This document shows positions 38,094 to 47,962 of a stretch of 64,000 bases of DNA, one piece after another; position 1 is the first letter of the stretch, and each line of letters opens with the position of its first letter. A program made the translations under genes and the position numbers. Source of the DNA: a virus (Duplodnaviria; Caudoviricetes). The notes below the pieces were generated by a model. It did not search any database. It worked only from the letters and a program-made list of their open reading frames with translations, and had not been told where the DNA came from. The stretch is taken from the IMG/VR virus record IMGVR_UViG_3300028591_000191, positions 7,189-71,188 of that record. One strand, written 5' to 3'.

Positions 38094-39020
38094 TTAACAT
38101 TCAATGAGATTATTGAACATGAGGTCGTTCTCGAATTCGAGTATGCAAGGCTTACCAGCATCTCTATTCTTTAAGATGTGCACGTATACCTTGTTTTGAG
38201 TAGGTAAATGATTTGGACCGTATTCTAAGATGTTCAAAATCTCTGGTCGATGCAAGGCCATAACATAGTCACTGCCCTGGAAGATTGCATCAGACGATGA
38301 AAAATCACTACGCATAGGATAATGCGATAATGGATTATTAATCCTCTCAGGGGCTTCTATATTACGGTTCATCTGAGCAATCTGTATAACAGATGTCAGA
38401 GGCAATTTCTTGACCTGAATGAACACACGTTGTAATTCAGCAATAGTCTCTAAGACAGAGCCAATTGGCTTGGTAAGGAGAGCATGATCATATAAAATGA
38501 TAAAATGCTTTCCTGTACCTTTTACATACGTATTATAAAAACCAAATATAATCTCTTTAACTTGCATGGGTGTACACGGATCATCTACAAAATAGATGGG
38601 GTACTCCTTTAGCTGGTTGCATACTTTAATGACCTGGCCAAAAGTGGCGTCATCAAGGCTCGTTTCCGAGCTATACAAAGTCGAAGTCGTTTTCCTGAGC
38701 TTATTAGAAAGCGTCCTTCCAACTTGCCTAAATGCTACCATCTCTAACGAGAAGTTCAGAATTATTATATCCTTTGTAGGATTAAGCTCAATCAAATCAG
38801 TCTGGATACAGTTCACGAAGGAACTCTTTCCACTTCCAGAAATGCCACCTATGGTAAAAATGGTATTGGGTTCAATACCTCCCATACACTGCTTATTGAA
38901 CTTCTTCCATCTAGTCTTCAACGATATTATATCGTTCGATCTACGACCTTCGACATAGTTAATAGCCTCTTGGGCTACCACACTCATAGGGCGTATGACA
39001 TTAGATAAGTTCTGTTCCAT
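38094..39020 (-). CDS. DnaB-like replicative helicase (SF4)
   Basis: GGISGSGKS, FSLEM, ILYDH, QIAQMNR, SSDAIFQGSD and ILKNR motifs. Confidence 0.9.
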   Translation of the reverse strand: MEQNLSNVIRPMSVVAQEAINYVEGRRSNDIISLKTRWKKFNKQCMGGIEPNTIFTIGGISGSGKSSFVNCIQTDLIELNPTKDIIILNFSLEMVAFRQVGRTLSNKLRKTTSTLYSSETSLDDATFGQVIKVCNQLKEYPIYFVDDPCTPMQVKEIIFGFYNTYVKGTGKHFIILYDHALLTKPIGSVLETIAELQRVFIQVKKLPLTSVIQIAQMNRNIEAPERINNPLSHYPMRSDFSSSDAIFQGSDYVMALHRPEILNILEYGPNHLPTQNKVYVHILKNRDAGKPCILEFENDLMFNNLIEC

Positions 39021-39567
39021 AAGAGTTTACAGCTTGTTTAGTTGTATCCTGCATTTCTTCCTCAACAGCTTCCCACTGTGAACGTGTTAACCAATTCCAC
39101 ATGGTCATCATATAACCAAGGGAACCTTCACGCATGCGTTTAGCCACTTCATAGTCTAAGCACTTTATAAGGTGCTCAGCCATCGCGGAACTCTTGCCAC
39201 ACTTCGTGTTAAAGAAATGACGACATTTGTTCACATTGGCACGCAGATAGGATTTACTCCCATCACTACGCATTACATACACTGGGTACATATCATAAAA
39301 CACATCGAAGTAGTCCTTCTCTGGTTTAACTGCGGATATTAGCTTATCCGTTGGTTGATATGTAATTGAATCACTGCTCTCGATCGCGGTGACCAACTCT
39401 TGAGAAACTAAGTATGATATTTCTTCGTCGCTAATAAGGCTGACAATTTTGCGGACGTCTTGATATTTTGGTTGATTCTTACCCAATACCATACTTAGGA
39501 AAATTAACTGATTTGAATTGAGGCCTGGAAACGCGTCCAGGACTTTCGTATCTACTTCAATAATCAT
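39001..39567 (-). CDS. Hypothetical replication protein (possible helicase loader/initiator)
   Basis: Clean ORF between PolB and the helicase; function inferred from context only. Confidence 0.6.
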   Translation of the reverse strand: MIIEVDTKVLDAFPGLNSNQLIFLSMVLGKNQPKYQDVRKIVSLISDEEISYLVSQELVTAIESSDSITYQPTDKLISAVKPEKDYFDVFYDMYPVYVMRSDGSKSYLRANVNKCRHFFNTKCGKSSAMAEHLIKCLDYEVAKRMREGSLGYMMTMWNWLTRSQWEAVEEEMQDTTKQAVNSYGTELI

Positions 39568-39568
39568 A

Positions 39569-41578
39569 TTAAAATAGTTCTAGTTGCTGTTCAGTGAAGT
39601 CTGCAACAATCTTTTTGGCTTCACTGATATAGTACCTGTAGTTGATCTTACGACCTTCCACAGTAGTATCATATAACTGATTCAGGATCGTAACACCTGA
39701 TTTAGTTAGCATGTTTTGTAAATTCGTGTGGGAACCTATAGTTCTATTTCCGATATACTCTATGTTTTTCACATGAGAATCATACCAGTATGTTCCACCG
39801 TAACTTATTTCACTTTCTGGTACCTCCATAGTCTTACCTTTGTAAGTAAATCTCACAAAAGGTACTTCTCTTTCTGGTACGAAAATTCCTTTAAACAGAT
39901 ATTCTCCGTTTTCGCTTGCGTAGAACCTATTAATGCGTTGCACTCGATTTTCCCCGTGAAACACATCAAACTTCTTATCGACTTGTTGGGACATTAAGAA
40001 GTCCCTGATGTCTCCATCAGATTTAATAAATTCTTCGACTGGTTGTTTGTTAATAAAGTAGTTTATCACCGCCTTTGGTATAACCACAGGTGCAAGTCCT
40101 TTGCCTAACTTGTTTTTTGTAATAAACATACCTTTTTCTTCTATCTCTCCACCTTTCAAGACACCAAAGTAGTCATTGATAGCGTATTGATAGAATGCTT
40201 CATACTCATCAGATTCAAATTCCAGACGTGTAAGGGATTCCACCTCCTTAATAGCATCTGAAATCGCCTGTTTAAGGCCCTTTTTAGCCCTGTAGACGAC
40301 TCCATCAGTATTGCACTGAATAATCTCACATCCGAGATCTAAAAGCCTGTCTACGAGCAAAAGAAGTATCAACTGGCCGTTTATACGTATCTTAAATACG
40401 TTGAACGGGTCGTACATCCAGCTAACTTCCTGTTGCATTTTGCCTGTAGGTGAGTTAAGCACAATCTTAAGGAACAAGTTCTTAACTTTCTGACCTGTAT
40501 GCTTTGCTTCTAGCCTTTCGGCTTTCAATTGGGCAAACAATTCGCTAAAGAGTTTTCCCAAATGACGAGGACCCCATTGATACTCAATGAGCAAGGACGG
40601 GTACATTGACGCCACATCAGCGTGCCCAATCACCTCATCATCTTTTGGGAGGAATATCTTAGGTGTATGAATAGTATGGATACCACCAACACCAATAGAA
40701 TATACCACATTCGAGAGAACGAACTTCTTCTCGTAGCCTTTTCGCTCCTTAGAGTAAACTACCTGTTCCTTCATTTCCTCTAAGATGCTCTGTAACTTTG
40801 GGTTTTTATATTTTATAAATGGCAGAATGACATCCTTTAGAGGGATGTAGTCCATAGGAGACCTCATTTCCTTTATAACATTTTTAGGAATACCTGACCT
40901 CTTAGAATATTCTTCTAATAGATAGGTCTCTGCCATTTTAACAGAATCCATGGACAAACAATCTATGCCGTGCTCTTGCTCAATAAATAAGCGGAGCTCA
41001 ACTTGGTCTGCAAGTCTATTAAGGAGTTCTGTAGTTGAATCAACATCGTTGACATTGTATGCAATCATATCGTCAATCTTATCGACTGGGATAGGCTGAC
41101 TAAAGTCACCGTCGTATTCTTGTACGTTTCTATAGTGCATGGTGCATTGCATGGTCTTAAGACCAACGCGCAATTTACGACTGAATTGCATCGTTAGTAA
41201 ATCCATTGAATAGAAGTACTTCGCATACTTCCACTTTTTGAAGCTGTCAATATTGCCATCTTCTGAATTTACAATCGTTGTTGAAAGATTAAACAGCGAT
41301 CTACAAATGACTTTCCAGGATAGGTTAGACATTTTGTAAAACAGGTCTATCATATAGTTGATAATAACATCATCATAATGATGATTGTTATATCCACAAA
41401 ACATTTTGTTTTCGAGGCTATAAAAGAAGAAATCAACTAGCTCCGCTAGCTGACTCCTTCTTTCACTTATCTCGAATTTGATGACTTGTCCTGTCTCTGA
41501 GTTCTTACAACAACAGTGGAAGCAGTTTGGGAAGACTTCTATGTCGTATACCCATACGACCATGTCCTTTATTATCAT
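39569..41578 (-). CDS. DNA polymerase family B
   Basis: Exo I YDIEVF, Exo II GYNNHHYD, Pol A DVASMYPS, Pol B KIVLNSPTGK, Pol C QCNTDG. Confidence 0.92.
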   Translation of the reverse strand: MIIKDMVVWVYDIEVFPNCFHCCCKNSETGQVIKFEISERRSQLAELVDFFFYSLENKMFCGYNNHHYDDVIINYMIDLFYKMSNLSWKVICRSLFNLSTTIVNSEDGNIDSFKKWKYAKYFYSMDLLTMQFSRKLRVGLKTMQCTMHYRNVQEYDGDFSQPIPVDKIDDMIAYNVNDVDSTTELLNRLADQVELRLFIEQEHGIDCLSMDSVKMAETYLLEEYSKRSGIPKNVIKEMRSPMDYIPLKDVILPFIKYKNPKLQSILEEMKEQVVYSKERKGYEKKFVLSNVVYSIGVGGIHTIHTPKIFLPKDDEVIGHADVASMYPSLLIEYQWGPRHLGKLFSELFAQLKAERLEAKHTGQKVKNLFLKIVLNSPTGKMQQEVSWMYDPFNVFKIRINGQLILLLLVDRLLDLGCEIIQCNTDGVVYRAKKGLKQAISDAIKEVESLTRLEFESDEYEAFYQYAINDYFGVLKGGEIEEKGMFITKNKLGKGLAPVVIPKAVINYFINKQPVEEFIKSDGDIRDFLMSQQVDKKFDVFHGENRVQRINRFYASENGEYLFKGIFVPEREVPFVRFTYKGKTMEVPESEISYGGTYWYDSHVKNIEYIGNRTIGSHTNLQNMLTKSGVTILNQLYDTTVEGRKINYRYYISEAKKIVADFTEQQLELF

Positions 41579-41598
41579 GCTTCTACTATTTTGTTAGA

Positions 41599-41745
41599 GT
41601 ACACCAAAGGATTCGAACCTTTAGTGTACACACGGTTACGTGCTATGCAGAGGCTTTACCGTGCATTATTGCGGCGTAGGGGGAACCGAATCCCCCGAGC
41701 CCCCTTAAAAATCCCTTTGCGAGAAGGTTCCTAAGGTGCTACGCC
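41599..41745 (-). ncRNA. Unassigned structured RNA: tRNA-like domain plus acceptor/T minihelix
   Basis: GGCGTAG/CTACGCC closes a domain with a GGGGA/TCCCC arm; then GCACGGT/ACCGTGT; then a 12-bp hairpin GTACACTAAAGG-TTCGAAT-CCTTTGGTGTAC. Confidence 0.55.
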
Positions 41746-42596
41746 TAAGCTGCCTTCTTCAGCTTCTTATCAGCTAAAGTGACACGCTTAGCTCCAACAA
41801 GTGGACGCTTTTGAGAACGCTTATGGTTCATCAAATCAGCATCTATTATTGAAGCATCCTTTTTCATTGCTTTCTTAGCAGCCGATTCTGCATTCTTATA
41901 CAGTTTATCCTCGGTACTAAGGTTTGGAAATGAGACATCGTGTCCTTTTCCATCTACATCCTTAACTTCAGCAATTTTACTCGCTTTCATCTTAGATTCG
42001 TTAGTGTTTACACGATTTCCCATAACAATTAGATTGTCGTAGATAGAGACGACGAAATCTCTAAATCGTTCTTTCATAGTCTCTCGCTCTTGTTTCCACT
42101 TCGCTACATCCTCGGTGAACATAGCCTCTGGGCATACGTTCTTACGTTCCCATTTAGCCAGCTTGTGTTCTACAAGCTTCTCCATATACTGAACTTTGTT
42201 CATCTTTGGAAGAGTGTAAGGGAAGTTCTTAAACTCCACAAAGTCGTTTCGAGCAGGGATAACAGCTGTACCCTTCTGCTTCATCTTCTTCTTACACTTA
42301 ATCAAGCGTTTAGGTTGTGGATACTTCTTGTGTTCCCAACTATAATCCACCATTACATAACGGTTACCAGTCTCTGGATCAGGCTTCTCATGTTTGATAA
42401 ACATTGTACCTGGAACACCAGGAACAAACCAATACTTTCCAGTAGTATCGACATTTTTGCTACTGAAAGGAATCATAAAGAATTCCTTATCTGATTTTGG
42501 TATTGTATTATTCTTAACGGTGAACTTTCGACTATAGGCTGCAAGGGCGGCTACTTTTCTTCGACGCACCTTAATACGAACTCTGTTGTGTCCCAT
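41745..42596 (-). CDS. Basic hypothetical protein (283 aa), ends KKAA at TAG
   Basis: Long clean ORF; the stop TAG is followed by GCG TAG. Confidence 0.75.
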   Translation of the reverse strand: MGHNRVRIKVRRRKVAALAAYSRKFTVKNNTIPKSDKEFFMIPFSSKNVDTTGKYWFVPGVPGTMFIKHEKPDPETGNRYVMVDYSWEHKKYPQPKRLIKCKKKMKQKGTAVIPARNDFVEFKNFPYTLPKMNKVQYMEKLVEHKLAKWERKNVCPEAMFTEDVAKWKQERETMKERFRDFVVSIYDNLIVMGNRVNTNESKMKASKIAEVKDVDGKGHDVSFPNLSTEDKLYKNAESAAKKAMKKDASIIDADLMNHKRSQKRPLVGAKRVTLADKKLKKAA

Positions 42597-42625
42597 ATTA
42601 ATCTAAATATTAAGTTTAACATAGG

Positions 42626-43423
42626 TTAAGCGGCCTGTTTAACGTCCGTAGAGGCCATTTTAACGCTCTTAGAGCGCTTATAATGCATCTTGTGGACAAC
42701 TGTACCAGAAGCCTTTCTAATAGCCTTGTGAGAAGCCTTTTTAGCTGCCTTACGAACAACCTTTGCAGCCTCCCAGCCACGAATAAACGCTTTAACGCGT
42801 TCCTTAGCTTCAGAGTTAGTATTGTGACCCTTCTGTCGATTGAGAGTCTTACGGGCTGTCTTAGCAGCCTTAGCGAGAGCCTTCTTCTCTGCCTTCGTGC
42901 GCTTCTTGGCTCCTCGCACACGAGGCTTTTCTGTGGGCAAGACGTTTGGCTTGCGCTTCACATGTGGGTAAATCTTAGACTTCGGAGGAAGTATCTTTCG
43001 CAGTGATGCGAGAACCTCCGCGTCACCCTCAAGGAATCCATATGTTGTTACCAGGAGCTTCCAAGTAATATCGTCGTTCATGAGAGCCTGCTTGACCATA
43101 TCGTAGTCTGCTGGATCGAACATAATCGTGATGTCGTAGTTGTTAGGTGCTTTAATCTGAGCCTTCAACTCCTCTATCTTCACGTTGGTCTGCTCCTCAC
43201 TGAGACCTATGCGCTTTGCACGGCGCTTCAGGGCGTTGACGCGACGATTTACATACTCTTCCTCACGGGCAGCCTTCAGAGCTTCCTTGTCTTTGAGGGT
43301 TTTTACTTTGCTTGTAGGAGTCTTGTCCTTGGCAATGTTAACTGTTGCAAACTTATGTTTTGTATCTTGCTTTGGGGTCTGACCATTTGCGGTAGTTTCC
43401 ACCTTAAAATTATTCTTACTCAT
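42626..43423 (-). CDS. Lys/Ala-rich basic hypothetical protein (265 aa), ends KQAA
   Basis: Long clean ORF with the conserved upstream leader motif. Confidence 0.8.
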   Translation of the reverse strand: MSKNNFKVETTANGQTPKQDTKHKFATVNIAKDKTPTSKVKTLKDKEALKAAREEEYVNRRVNALKRRAKRIGLSEEQTNVKIEELKAQIKAPNNYDITIMFDPADYDMVKQALMNDDITWKLLVTTYGFLEGDAEVLASLRKILPPKSKIYPHVKRKPNVLPTEKPRVRGAKKRTKAEKKALAKAAKTARKTLNRQKGHNTNSEAKERVKAFIRGWEAAKVVRKAAKKASHKAIRKASGTVVHKMHYKRSKSVKMASTDVKQAA

Positions 43424-43480
43424 TTTGATAATGTTTTTAATTGTTAATACTAATGTTATAGTGCTTACACACTCGCGGAG

Positions 43481-43545
43481 TGATTAGTTGAGGATTCGAA
43501 CCTCTAATACGCCTAGCGTTTCTTTACACGCCGTTTCGCTAATCG
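43481..43545 (-). pseudogene. Truncated tRNA-like element
   Basis: GATTAG/CTAATC acceptor-like stem and GAGG TTCGAAT CCTC T arm; body about 10 nt too short. Confidence 0.4.
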
Positions 43546-43556
43546 AACCAATTATA

Positions 43557-44108
43557 TTACGCAGTAATGTCTGCCTTAAAGTCCTCACTGATAGAGTCAT
43601 CCAACTCAATCATAGCATCAGTGTTAAACTTCGACAGCATGGCATCATACTTATTAGCCTCAAGCTGCTGGTCATGAATCAACTGAGCAATCTTCTCCTT
43701 AGAGAAAGTCTCTGTTGAACCAATATTCTTCTTACCCTTCTGGGCCTTAAACTGAGGATTCAGAGTTTTAATCATCTTCAACAGAGTGATATCCTCCTTA
43801 GCCTCACAGGCTGAGAAAATGGCATAATAATTGGTCTTCTTAAAATTCTCGTAATTAAACGTTGTTGTACCCATATTTAGATACTGAATCATACCCTTCA
43901 ACATAATACGCTTATTGCGCAACTGCTGGATGGTATTATACAGAGCCTTAAGGTCATAACCTGAACCCTGGCCCGATGCCTTAGCCTTCTTAGACATTAC
44001 GTTCTCATCACGAATGATGTGACTATAGTCTGTGATTGTCTTATCGATCTTCTTCTTCATGCTAAGGATGTTAGCTGCATTCAACTTAATTGATTTTGTC
44101 ATAGGCAA
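43557..44108 (-). CDS. Hypothetical protein (183 aa)
   Basis: Clean ORF, TAA stop. Confidence 0.75.
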   Translation of the reverse strand: MPMTKSIKLNAANILSMKKKIDKTITDYSHIIRDENVMSKKAKASGQGSGYDLKALYNTIQQLRNKRIMLKGMIQYLNMGTTTFNYENFKKTNYYAIFSACEAKEDITLLKMIKTLNPQFKAQKGKKNIGSTETFSKEKIAQLIHDQQLEANKYDAMLSKFNTDAMIELDDSISEDFKADITA

Positions 44109-44344
44109 ATTGATTTAAATGTTAGACATGTTAATTAGTTGAATTCGAGCATCATTTACCTTGTAATCTGTGACGGAGTCGAACCCTCACAAATTTAAAG
44201 AATGGCAAGGGAATATAGTATTATCGGTCTCCCTCAGAAGCCGTACTATATTCTCGTGCCAATATGTTTGCTGAGACTATTCTTGTATCTCTAAGCTTTT
44301 AGATAAGTAGCCTTATCGTTATTAATGTATACCCCGCAGAGCTA

Positions 44345-44950
44345 CTAACGACGTATGCCACCTACCCATCGGCCTGTCAATATTTCGAATGTGTCTCCAA
44401 TGCTGTCTACTACACGTAGGTCGATTGGGCCTGACTTTATATCACGCTCAACCTTAACTTTTACTCCGTCTGAAAATGGACAACCGTTAACATGGTGGGG
44501 AGGCTGTTGAGTCTCCGTCCCTATGGTCTTCCAATATCCGTCCTTCGTTAAGTGTCGACACACATCCATAAAGCGATCTGCGATCCAAAGATAATTCTTC
44601 TCATGAATGCCTTTGAGCAAAGTCTCCCGCGAAAGCTGCTCTAATACGGCGTCATGAGCTGGCATACCCTCAGTCATAATCACTAGTGCGTCCCAGGTCT
44701 TTATGAAGAAATCAGAAAAACTAATCTCCTCATAACATTTTATAAGGTTATTTGCAAACGAACCAAGTCCCGACCAGCTGTATTTGCCAAATCGGATCTT
44801 AGCTTGATCCATTACAATCTGGATGTGACGATGGTCACGCTTTTGTGGCGCAAAGTCACTGTGGATTATTTCGTCAATCTTAGGTTCAGCAAGTAAAAAG
44901 CCAATAAGGCTGACGAATTTATCCTTTTCGTTTTTACTGAACTCTTTCAT
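44345..44950 (-). CDS. Hypothetical protein (201 aa), ends TAG TAG
   Basis: Clean ORF terminated by tandem amber codons. Confidence 0.75.
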   Translation of the reverse strand: MKEFSKNEKDKFVSLIGFLLAEPKIDEIIHSDFAPQKRDHRHIQIVMDQAKIRFGKYSWSGLGSFANNLIKCYEEISFSDFFIKTWDALVIMTEGMPAHDAVLEQLSRETLLKGIHEKNYLWIADRFMDVCRHLTKDGYWKTIGTETQQPPHHVNGCPFSDGVKVKVERDIKSGPIDLRVVDSIGDTFEILTGRWVGGIRR

Positions 44951-44952
44951 GA

Positions 44953-45576
44953 CTAACCCTCAGAAATTATAACCTCCACTGAGCCACCGTTATCGGTAGC
45001 GTTCAGCTCCTTCTTGCTCTTGAGGAAAGCCTCCTCATAGTCGTTGACCTTCTTCTCATTAGCCTTCATGGTCGAAATGATAGAATCCTTCTGACCCTGA
45101 AGGGCCTTAATCAGAGTAGTGATGATGTCCACCTGCTGCTGATTGGCTACATTAACCTTGTTCAGAAGGGCACGGCCGTTAGCAAAAATCTGCTTTGTTG
45201 TCTTGTTGTTAAGACACTCCATCACGCGCTCGTCAGTTACGGGGCCGAATGCACTACCAGCTACAATTGAAGCCTCAGCCTCAGTAGGGGTGTCAGGGTT
45301 AAAGACTACTGACGTAACTCCTGTAAGGGGGTTAGTCTTGATGGTCTGTGTGAGTACGTCAAAATCGCGAATCTCGAACTTACGAGGCGACTTATTGACG
45401 ATGAGCAGGGGTGATTTGGGGTTCATCTGAACCTCGCGCTGAACTTTCTCAAAGTCAGTCCATGTGTCCTTGCTCTCAAGGGTAAAGTACTTAGCGCCAA
45501 GAAGGCCACCAAGCTGTGAAATCTGGCCGTAGTGGGCCATTACGGTGCTCATGTCTACACCATTTACATTTTCCAT
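44953..45576 (-). CDS. Hypothetical protein (~207 aa), TAG stop
   Basis: Likely start MENVNG at 45576 within track ORF 44953-45681. Confidence 0.75.
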   Translation of the reverse strand: MENVNGVDMSTVMAHYGQISQLGGLLGAKYFTLESKDTWTDFEKVQREVQMNPKSPLLIVNKSPRKFEIRDFDVLTQTIKTNPLTGVTSVVFNPDTPTEAEASIVAGSAFGPVTDERVMECLNNKTTKQIFANGRALLNKVNVANQQQVDIITTLIKALQGQKDSIISTMKANEKKVNDYEEAFLKSKKELNATDNGGSVEVIISEG

Positions 45577-46285
45577 ATGCTTATATCCTTTTTGATATCG
45601 TGGTTGATCCACCAACGATATAAGTGATATACTTGTCCACTTCAGGGCGGGACGTTGCCACACAAAGTTTGATACCGGCACTTATACGTTGAGTACGTGG
45701 CGGTAAGATGCTCTATTACAGTTGAGCAAACTGTTATAGTGTTTCTTATTTTGTTGTAATTCTGGTAGTGCTATGCTTATGGGAAGCGCGTTTGCTTTAA
45801 CACGTAGTTATATCTTTATATTCCTCTCCGAGTAAGTTAAACTGTTGTGAAGCTCAATCAATATAACGGGAGTCCAACGGTAGGACATTTATACCCATAA
45901 ATGCTAAAGGGTCAACTTAGCGCTAAATGCCAGTTTATGCATCATGCATCAAACACGAAACACAATATTGAGTTTTTTCTTAATACTTCCTTGCATCGTT
46001 GGCAAAATTTTCAACTAACTAGAGCTCAAGGCAGAATTTTAGTTGAACTAATGTACATAAATGCAAGTAAAATTTAACCAATAAAGTGTAGAATATCCTT
46101 AGTCGTATTTTCCAAATAGATGTCAGACATTACTACTCTGCTGTTGTATCCTGGTCTTGCGATACCAAGTTAGGCACAGCTGCCCCAGTTCTATGCTTTT
46201 TTCCGGTCAGAACAATCAATACCCGGCTGCTGTTAACGCATGCTTACGCCCCCTTTGTTGACTTTGCCGTTATCCATTGCGGCTG

Positions 46286-46356
46286 CGCGTGGTAGGTTAC
46301 GTTTCGTTATCGGACGGTCTCAGAGCTCCATAACTCATCTCAGACCCTACGGCGCG
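46286..46356 (-). ncRNA. Variant type I hammerhead-like ribozyme candidate
   Basis: Stem I GTAGG(G)T/ACCTAC extended by CGCG/CGCG, core CTGAGATGA, stem II GTTAT/ATAAC, then GAAACGTA (palindromic mini stem III). Confidence 0.35.
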
Positions 46357-47962
46357 TTGTTTTCTTCTCTTGGATGCGCTTACTCCACCCTCATTATTTA
46401 TAGTGCACGAATACTGGAGGAATTCCACCTCATACGATTGCTGCCTTGCATCTTAAAGTTTCGCTTCGCCGAATCCTTTTCACCAGCGAACCATCGTTAG
46501 ACGGACTAGTTACTCATTCTCTTTACCCCTCCGAGACAGGGAGGTGGTTTCACTTCGCGATAAGATTTATCACCCACAATTAACGTATACGACTTCGTAA
46601 TCTCTACCGAACACATAGATTTGCTGTCTATGCTCTGATAGGATTTACCTTGTCTATTTGCTTCTCAGGAACGGTTGGCACTCGATTTCTCTATCATACG
46701 TCTAAAATGGTTATGTTTCTTCAATACAACAGAAGGACACTTTTCTAAGGCGTTGAACATAACGTAATAGATTTCATAGAGGGACATCAATTTTTGTTAA
46801 ACATGTTAATTTCATCTGGCTACTTTCATATAGTTTTGCTTAAAGACTAAGTACATACCGCACACGAGCTTACTACTCTCGCTGATATAGTATATAAGTG
46901 TCTACTACTATATTATCCTTTACAGACGTTGGCGATCTCCTTCTATACTGGTGTGTATAGTTCTCGAATCGACCTGGAAATAAGCTAATGGCTCTGCCTG
47001 CTTTTGACTGTAAGGTTGTCATCCTTTGACTCCAGCATTTCCTCTGGTACATCTCCAATCTATATTACTCACCACCGCTTACCGTAGCTTTCATACCTTT
47101 AGAATAACTCTTTCACCGCGGAGTTCACTCGCGTAGCATTCAAGCCTCTAGGCCCTACTTCGCATTCAGTTCCTGCATCGAACTGGCATGTCATTTTACT
47201 TTTATATACCGCATAAACGACTAAAGCCTGGCGGTCACATCTCCTAATACAATCAGCTATACCTCATCCCTGGCACCTTCTTTTGGAAAGTGTGCGGATT
47301 CGTATATCATCATGTTACCATTTTAAACTCTCACATGCTCTTTTACGAATCTTTTCGAATCGAACGGCAAGGTTTCAAAAAAGCGACGTAGTTACGGTAC
47401 GCCCCATGGAGTATTACTCTCCTGGTATTGTTTATACTATTCAATGTAATTCTTCATCCCTTCATACACGCCCTGGATTGCGTGGAACACTAGATTACAG
47501 CTTAATAGTGAATTGATACATCATACAAGTTTTTGGCATCTTCTTGTATGGGCAACTCGTGTAACGTGATTCTACTACTATGTATCCTTGTAATAGATCT
47601 ATCGATACGGTTCAGTTTTGCGCTTCTTGCGACTTACTCGTCTTCCTTACCAATATACCTCCTCTCTGCATCCTACTAAGTAGAGTTAAGTCTGGCAAAG
47701 GTATAAAGAACCTTGCTGGTTGGTATAGGTGTTGGGGTCTGATACAGACGCTCTCCCCACTTACTACATGTGATTCAGGTATTGAGTACAGATACCCATG
47801 CAGCATTTCATCCTACCTTTTGAGTTTGCCTTTGGGGCTCGACATATTCTCGGATCAAGTATTACTCAGTTCGCGCCGGCTAATGAGACCGTTTACATGC
47901 GCTGACCAGTTCCCTACGGGAGGGGATGTATGAATCCTCATACACCCCCACTGCGGAGTTTA

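Noticed and set aside
31464-41578. Introns, inteins or homing endonucleases in replication genes
   Set aside because: PolB, helicase and primase are uninterrupted and of normal length; no LAGLIDADG, HNH or intein motifs were seen.
41630-41664. Theta/HDV-like ribozyme after the tRNA-like element
   Set aside because: P1 with a G.U pair and a CTAA segment are present, but no acceptable P3/L3 fits and the site is not directly 3' of an acceptor end. Neither true tRNA is followed by such a motif.
43505-43520. CTA in ACGCTAGGCGT as an amber-suppressor anticodon
   Set aside because: It has a 3-nt loop, no 5-bp stem with a 7-nt loop, and no proper D arm.
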